The translations under genes were made by a program, and so were the position numbers. From NCBI GenBank assembly GCA_964534375.1, contig CAZHPN010000197.1, forward strand, positions 1 through 10,558: a stretch of DNA of 10,558 nucleotides, given 5' to 3'. Origin of the DNA: an uncultured bacterium (lineage in GTDB: Bacteria > Lernaellota > Lernaellaia > Lernaellales > Lernaellaceae). Positions 5,400-10,558 of this stretch are shown here, one piece after another (position 1 is the stretch's first letter; each line of letters begins with the position of its first letter). The notes under the pieces are model-generated. The model did no database searches and was not told where the DNA came from. It worked only from the letters and a program-made list of their open reading frames with translations.

Positions 5400-6983
5400 A
5401 TGAGACGCGCGATCGGCCCGGCGGCGGCCCTGCTGCTCTTGCTGCTCGGCGGCCGTTGGGCGGCGAGCGCGTCGCCGGCGGGCCTCGCGCCCGAAGACCG
5501 CGCCGCCGTCGACTTGTTGCGCGCCGAAGCCCAGGCGCTGGTGCTGCAACAAGAAACGTTGTCCTGGAAACGCCGCACGACGGGCGAAACCGTCGACATC
5601 GCGGCCACCTACCAAGGTCACGAAAAGCTGTTTTCGCTCGACACGCTGCAGTTGCTCTCGCGAGCAATGGCGGCGACGTCCGACGCCGATCAGCACAAGG
5701 CGTTGGCGTTTTTCCGCGCCTACGTGCTGCGCGAGATCGCCTCGTTGCGCGTGGCGAAACTCAACGACGAGATCGGCAATTACCTCGCCGGCGCCGAGTT
5801 CGTTTACAAAGGCAAGAAGTACAATTTCTACGAACAGTCGCGCCTGGCGCAGGACGAGCCCGACTACGACGCGCGCCAGGCGATCTCCGACGCCGTCCTG
5901 CCGATTCTCGCCGAGGCCAACAAACTCTACGAGAAAAAAGAAGAACGTTTGCGGCAAGTCGTGAAAGAGCTGGGCGAACGGGATTACCTGGCCCTGGCCG
6001 AAGAATTCCGCAGCGTGCGGCTCGACGAATTCGCGCCGGTTTGCCGGCGTTTCCTGGATGAAACGGACAAGGATTTTCAGGCGCTGCAGCAATGGGCCGC
6101 GCCGTTCCAGTTGGGGATTCCGGCCGCGAAACTGCGCCGCGCCGATCTGCCGCGGATGAGCCGGAATCAGCGTTTCGACAAGTATTTCGGCAAAGAGGAA
6201 ATGCTGCCGCGGCTCAAGAGCTTCCTCGCCGGGCTGGGCCTGTCCGCCGACAAAATCAAAATCGACGACGCCGACCGGCCGAAAAAAAATCCGCGCGCGG
6301 CGTGCTTTCCGCTGGTCGTGCCGACGGATGTGCGGCTGACCATCAAGCCGGCCGGCGGACAAGGCGACTACAAATCGTTGTGGCACGAGATGGGCCACGC
6401 GCAGCACTTCGCCAATGCGACCGTCAAGGATTGGGAATTTCAGCAACTCGGCGACAACGTGACGACCGAGAATTATGCGTTTCTGTTCGACGGGCTGATG
6501 GGCAATCGCCGCTTTTTGCAGCGCTATCTGAACATGTCGGGGCAGGATCTGACGGACGCCGTACGATTCTCGGCCTATCTCAAGCTCTTCGCCGTCCGGC
6601 GTTATTGCGCCAAAGTGCTGTACGAAATGGAGTTGCACCGCGGCGCGGCCAACCCCAAGGAGCGCTACCGCACGTGGCTGAGCCGCGCGTACGGTTTCCA
6701 GCTCGATGAGAAAGACGCCGAGCGCTATCTGAACGACGTCGACGATTTCTTCTACAGCGTCGATTACGTGCGCGCTTGGTTCCTCGAAGCGCTGCTCAAC
6801 CGCCGGCTCGCAAGCAGTTTCGGCGAGGATTGGATCGCCGACAAACGGGCGGGCGTGTTTCTCGTGCGGCTCTGGGAAAAAGGTCAATACTACCAAGGCG
6901 ACGATCTGGTGAAGGTCCTCGGCTACAAACACCTGACGCCGATCTATTTGATCGACCGGCTGAAGGACGCCGCGAAGCCGTAG
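5400..6983 (+). CDS. Secreted gluzincin zinc metallopeptidase (M3/M2/M32-like fold), 527 aa
   Basis: WHEMGHAQH (HEXXH) with a downstream Glu ligand in TTENYAFLFD; DRPKKNPRAACF resembles the M3 R..K..A motif. Sec signal peptide MRRAIGPAAALLLLLLGGRWAASA. Lies 16 nt after the SDR stop, with GAGG at 5386-5389. Confidence 0.8.
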   Translation: MRRAIGPAAALLLLLLGGRWAASASPAGLAPEDRAAVDLLRAEAQALVLQQETLSWKRRTTGETVDIAATYQGHEKLFSLDTLQLLSRAMAATSDADQHKALAFFRAYVLREIASLRVAKLNDEIGNYLAGAEFVYKGKKYNFYEQSRLAQDEPDYDARQAISDAVLPILAEANKLYEKKEERLRQVVKELGERDYLALAEEFRSVRLDEFAPVCRRFLDETDKDFQALQQWAAPFQLGIPAAKLRRADLPRMSRNQRFDKYFGKEEMLPRLKSFLAGLGLSADKIKIDDADRPKKNPRAACFPLVVPTDVRLTIKPAGGQGDYKSLWHEMGHAQHFANATVKDWEFQQLGDNVTTENYAFLFDGLMGNRRFLQRYLNMSGQDLTDAVRFSAYLKLFAVRRYCAKVLYEMELHRGAANPKERYRTWLSRAYGFQLDEKDAERYLNDVDDFFYSVDYVRAWFLEALLNRRLASSFGEDWIADKRAGVFLVRLWEKGQYYQGDDLVKVLGYKHLTPIYLIDRLKDAAKP

Positions 6984-7120
6984 GCCGGCGCTGACGATCG
7001 CGCGCCGCGCGGGGAATTCCGGCCCGGGCTATTCCGGCGCTCGAATCGACCAGCGCAAATTCAAATGAATCGTCAATGAGGTTGAATTGTGCAAGCACCA
7101 AGCGGGCGTCGTGGCAGCCG

Positions 7121-7756
7121 CTACGGTCGGTAAAGCCCTTCCGGCTTCGATCCGATCAGGCCGGCTTGGTGCGAACGCTCGTCGAGCAGTTGCAAACGGG
7201 CGATGGCCTTCTTGGAGGCCACGGGAAAGTGGCGGGCCGAATCGAGGCGCGCGGCGATGGTTTCGAGCGCCTCGTCGTCGGTCAACCACCGCAACGAATC
7301 GAAAGCGGCCAAATTCAGCGGCGTCGAGTACGAGCGGAGCGTCTTTTCGCGAACGACGTTGTAGAACCCCTCAAAGTACGACATCACCAGTTCGCGCAGG
7401 CTGCGGTACACGGGCTCGCGCCACCGCAACGTGACAAAGTTCGATTTGGCCACGGCGCCCCAGCAGCCGTCGAGGCGAAACGGCGCCAACAGGTGGTCGT
7501 CGTCGTGCTCGGCCCGCAGATCCACCACGAGCGGCGGAAAGCCGAGGCCGCGCAGCGCCGCCGCCGCGAAGACCGCGCCGTCCATGCAGTGCGCCAGCCG
7601 ATCGCGCAGCACGCGGCGCGGCGCGCGGTAAAACGGATCGGCGCTGTATTCGATGCCGTCGAGGAATTGCTGAATCGCGTACGGACTGTGCAACTTGCCG
7701 ATGATTTTTCGCTCGGCGGCGGTCCAACCGGCATCCCCGAATGGTTCGTGTTTCAT
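7121..7756 (-). CDS. Conserved hypothetical protein, transglutaminase-like/papain-like Cys-His fold, 211 aa
   Basis: AHCMDGAVFAAAAL (Cys at helix start), DDDHLLA (His) and WGAVAKSN. ATG with GAGG overlapping the upstream HAD stop. Confidence 0.7.
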   Translation of the reverse strand: MKHEPFGDAGWTAAERKIIGKLHSPYAIQQFLDGIEYSADPFYRAPRRVLRDRLAHCMDGAVFAAAALRGLGFPPLVVDLRAEHDDDHLLAPFRLDGCWGAVAKSNFVTLRWREPVYRSLRELVMSYFEGFYNVVREKTLRSYSTPLNLAAFDSLRWLTDDEALETIAARLDSARHFPVASKKAIARLQLLDERSHQAGLIGSKPEGLYRP

Positions 7757-7763
7757 CGCTGCC

Positions 7764-8537
7764 TCAAAGGCCGCGGCTGACCAGGATGCGGCGCAACAGC
7801 CAGAGCGCGCCCTCGGCCCTCGGGCGCGGCAAAATATACAGCGGTTTGTGCGTCAACCGCGGCAGGTGTTCCGCGACGTTCGCCACCGCCGCCGACAGCG
7901 GAAACCGGGCCGCGTCGAACAGCGGCTCGTCGTTCGCGCTGTCGCCGAGGGTCAGCGCCCGTTCGCGATCGGCGACGCCGATCTCCGCGCAGACCACGCC
8001 CAGCGCCGACGCCTTGTCATGGTCGCCGGCGAACAAGTGCCCGTGAATCGAACTGGCGATGCAGTGCAGACCCGCCTCTGCCGCAATCGCCGCCGCCTGC
8101 GCCACCTCGTCGGGTGAAAGCTGCGCGCGGTCGAACGCCCAATCGGTCAGGCGCCCGATATTGTCGCCGCTCATTACAGCGCGTGGCAGGCGCCGGCGAA
8201 TCGCCTGAAAGGCTTCCTCCAGCCGTTCGCGGCGCCGACCGATGAACTCGAGATCCGCCAGCACCCGGATGTCCTCGCCGCGGCAAATGACGCCGCCGTT
8301 TTCGGCGACGACCCCGTCGACCGGCAGATAGCGCGACAGGGCCTGGCCCCAGGCCGCGCAACGACCGGTGACGAGCCAGACGGCCAGCCCGGCCGCGCGC
8401 AGGCGGGCGAACGCAGCGATGATTTCGGCCGGGATTTTCCCGCCTTCGGTGAGCGTATCGTCGACGTCGGAGGCGAGCAATCGCAGTTCAAGCAACCGTT
8501 TTTCGGGGAGCGCCTCAGCGGGGAAAGGCCGCGGCAA
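7764..8537 (-). CDS. HAD superfamily subfamily IIB (Cof-like) phosphatase
   Basis: Motif I SDVDDTLT, motif II VTGR, AENGG, motif III DKASA and motif IV GDSAND. TTG start is uncertain. Confidence 0.88.
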   Translation of the reverse strand: MPRPFPAEALPEKRLLELRLLASDVDDTLTEGGKIPAEIIAAFARLRAAGLAVWLVTGRCAAWGQALSRYLPVDGVVAENGGVICRGEDIRVLADLEFIGRRRERLEEAFQAIRRRLPRAVMSGDNIGRLTDWAFDRAQLSPDEVAQAAAIAAEAGLHCIASSIHGHLFAGDHDKASALGVVCAEIGVADRERALTLGDSANDEPLFDAARFPLSAAVANVAEHLPRLTHKPLYILPRPRAEGALWLLRRILVSRGL

Positions 8538-8572
8538 CTTCGGCTCTTCTTCGAACTACCGGAACGGCCGCG

Positions 8573-9964
8573 TCACGACGCCGCCGGCGGCGGGAACAGC
8601 ACGACGAGTTCGTTGAAGAGATTGATCAGATCAACCAGCAGATCCCGGATGCCCGTCGGCGACGGATCGGCGAAGAACGGACCGACGTCGATCGGCAGAA
8701 TATACGGAATTTCCGAGATGACGATCTGGAAACCCGCCGGCAAAATATCGGGGTTGATGCCGATGCTCGTCAAGAGGCTGGCCAGCGTCGCGCGATCGAT
8801 GACGATCGGCAGCACATTCAGCGCGGTCAGCAACTGATTGGCGAAGGCGATGTAGAACGGGTTCGGCCGCGTCGGATCGACGTCAGACGGCGTGGTGTCC
8901 CAAAAGGCGTCCGCCGTCGGCACGGCGAGCGCGTCGAGACCGTTGACCTCCGCGGCGCCGAATTCGCCGAGGCCCGGCAGATACAGCGAGTCGACCAGCC
9001 GATTGCCGCGGTTGTTGCCCTCGGCGTCGATGAAATGGACCGTGTTGACGGCTTTCACCAGCGGGTCGCCATAGGCGTCGCCGATCAGCAGGTCGATGCG
9101 ATCGAACAAGTTGCCGAAATTGACGCCGGCGGCCTGCATCCGCGCCACGCCGCCGGTGCTTTCCAACGTCAGGAAATCCGGGTTGTCCGGGTTGTTGATC
9201 AGCGAATCGAGCAAGGTGATGATCGGTTGGACTTCCTGGAGCAGTTCGGCGATATTTGCCGGCGTCAGGTCGCTGAGCAACCCCGTGTTGATATTGATCG
9301 CCGGAATTTTCAGGCTGAAGAAGTCGGCGTTGATGTTGTGCGCCAGGACGATATCGACCACGCTGCGCACAAACGAATTCAGGACGCCGAAAAACTGCAG
9401 GTCGCTGCGGTCGAGCCGGCCGCCGAAATTGATGGTGACGATGCCCGTGATCGACATCGAAAATTGATCGAGTTCGAAGAACGCATTCGGGTCGTGGATC
9501 AGTTCGCCGTAGAGTCCTTCGCACGTGTCGTACCAAACGTCGGCGCTTTGCTGCAGGAAGCCCTGGATATAATCGCCGATCGGTTCCGTGCTGGCGTCGA
9601 ATGTGGAGTCGGTCGAACCGGCCGGCGGCGGCAGCGACAATTGCTCCAGGGAAGTCGTGGACGCGCTGCTGCTCGACATGCCGCCAACGAACCCGAGAAG
9701 CGAATTGACCAGGGCGATGAACTGCATGTTGCGGGCGATCAGCAGGCCGTATTTGGCCTCGGGACACGTCGGCGAAATGTGGAGCGCCGCGTTGAACGCG
9801 TCCGCCGCGTTGCCGCCGTCGCCAGAGCGCAGATACTCTTTCCCGATCTGCATGACCTGGTTGAGCGTCGGGTCTTCGCTTTCCCCATATTTGTAATAGC
9901 CGCAGCCCGCGAGCGAAACCGCGAACAACAGGCCGACAATCGCCGACGTCAACCGCAAACGCAT
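8573..9964 (-). CDS. Large hypothetical lipoprotein with an N-terminal TPR-like hairpin, 463 aa
   Basis: ATG 9964 with GAGGAG RBS. Signal peptide MRLRLTSAIVGLLFAVSLAG-C (lipobox LAGC). GKEYLRSGDGGNAADAFNAALHISPTCPEAKYG fits a TPR pattern. The ORF-track start at 10135 overlaps the upstream gene and is rejected. Confidence 0.85.
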   Translation of the reverse strand: MRLRLTSAIVGLLFAVSLAGCGYYKYGESEDPTLNQVMQIGKEYLRSGDGGNAADAFNAALHISPTCPEAKYGLLIARNMQFIALVNSLLGFVGGMSSSSASTTSLEQLSLPPPAGSTDSTFDASTEPIGDYIQGFLQQSADVWYDTCEGLYGELIHDPNAFFELDQFSMSITGIVTINFGGRLDRSDLQFFGVLNSFVRSVVDIVLAHNINADFFSLKIPAININTGLLSDLTPANIAELLQEVQPIITLLDSLINNPDNPDFLTLESTGGVARMQAAGVNFGNLFDRIDLLIGDAYGDPLVKAVNTVHFIDAEGNNRGNRLVDSLYLPGLGEFGAAEVNGLDALAVPTADAFWDTTPSDVDPTRPNPFYIAFANQLLTALNVLPIVIDRATLASLLTSIGINPDILPAGFQIVISEIPYILPIDVGPFFADPSPTGIRDLLVDLINLFNELVVLFPPPAAS

Positions 9965-9991
9965 GCGCTTTCTCCTCACGATGAACGTGTC

Positions 9992-10021
9992 AGTGTAGGG
10001 GAGCCGGACGGCGCCTGTCAA
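9992..10021 (-). promoter_or_regulatory. Sigma70-type promoter for the lipoprotein gene (TTGACA-N18-TACACT)
   Basis: Minus-strand consensus -35 at 10021-10016 and -10-like at 9997-9992, 27 nt upstream of ATG 9964. Confidence 0.65.
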
Positions 10022-10073
10022 ATCGCCCGCGAGCCTGCCGCCAACCGCCCCGCCGCGCGGCGTAGCGCACAAA

Positions 10074-10558
10074 TTACGCGTTCCCGGGCCAATGCAGCCG
10101 GAACCCTTCGCCGGTGACGACGTCAGGGGGCACAACGGCGACGCGGCCGTCTTCGGGCAGCACGATCTTCATCGGCGTGGCGTCGAGGATGTCGCGCCGG
10201 ATATCGATGCCGGGCATGACGCGGATCAGGGTCATGCCGCGTTCGGTGAGTTGGAAGGCGCCGACGTTGGTCACGTAGAAGACCTTCTTGCCCTTCGCCA
10301 ACGCCACGCGGCCGTTGAACGTGATCTCGGCGACCTTATCCTTGAACTTGATCGTCCCGGGCTTGCGGATGCGCACCTGGCCGCCGATCACGTCGATGTC
10401 GGCGTGCGCCATCCACGAACCGACGAACACGATGTTGCGCGCGGCCGCGGCGAGATCCGGCAGGCCGCCCGGGCCGACGTAATCCAGGCAGCGCGGCCCG
10501 CGTTTGCTGACGTTGACGTTGCCGTCGGAATCGACCTCGAGCACGCCCAGCACCGTCG
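10074..10558 (-). CDS. C-terminal part of a family I acyl-CoA:acetate/propionate CoA-transferase (YdiF/Pct-like); 5' end outside the window
   Basis: LEVDSDGNVNVSK, GPGG, KFKDKVAEITFNG, VFYVT..GAFQLTERGMTL..VMPGIDIRRDIL are typical of fused CoA-transferase beta domains. The frame stays open to the window edge. Confidence 0.88.
   Translation of the reverse strand, partial: TVLGVLEVDSDGNVNVSKRGPRCLDYVGPGGLPDLAAAARNIVFVGSWMAHADIDVIGGQVRIRKPGTIKFKDKVAEITFNGRVALAKGKKVFYVTNVGAFQLTERGMTLIRVMPGIDIRRDILDATPMKIVLPEDGRVAVVPPDVVTGEGFRLHWPGNA

Noticed and set aside
258..6983. RiPP cluster (45-aa sORF precursor + B12 radical SAM + peptidase)
   Set aside because: The genes are in separate transcription units, no RRE, SPASM domain or transporter is evident, and the peptidase is exported.
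8894..9768. GTGTCCC/GGGACAC matches near 8895 and 9761 as extra motif copies
   Set aside because: They lie inside the lipoprotein CDS (WDT and TCP codons) and lack the GAATTC half.
1243..10117. Long antisense or alternate-frame ORFs (1243-2988, 1350-2891, 2859-4508, 4328-5608, 5340-6932, 7076-7780, 8883-9767, 9035-10117)
   Set aside because: They overlap motif-supported genes and are the expected stop-poor shadow frames of high-GC coding DNA.

Overview
GC-rich bacterial chromosomal region of unknown taxon. Positions 1257-10558 hold ordinary-looking metabolic and envelope genes. In order: a GT-C (ArnT/PMT-like) membrane glycosyltransferase divergent from a B12-binding radical SAM enzyme; an SDR plus a secreted HEXXH metallopeptidase; and, on the minus strand, a family I CoA-transferase 3' end, a large acidic lipoprotein, a HAD-IIB phosphatase and a transglutaminase-like protein. 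The unexplained structure is non-coding. (1) The first ~1.25 kb carries three copies of a TGTGT..CCG(G)ARTTC motif in alternating orientation; two of them bracket a 66-aa membrane-protein gene like a cassette. (2) A 187-bp intergenic mosaic of four different heptamer tandem repeats abuts the SDR promoter. (3) A palindromic pair of back-to-back -35 boxes lies between the glycosyltransferase and the radical SAM gene. All product calls come from motifs read by eye; no database search was run.
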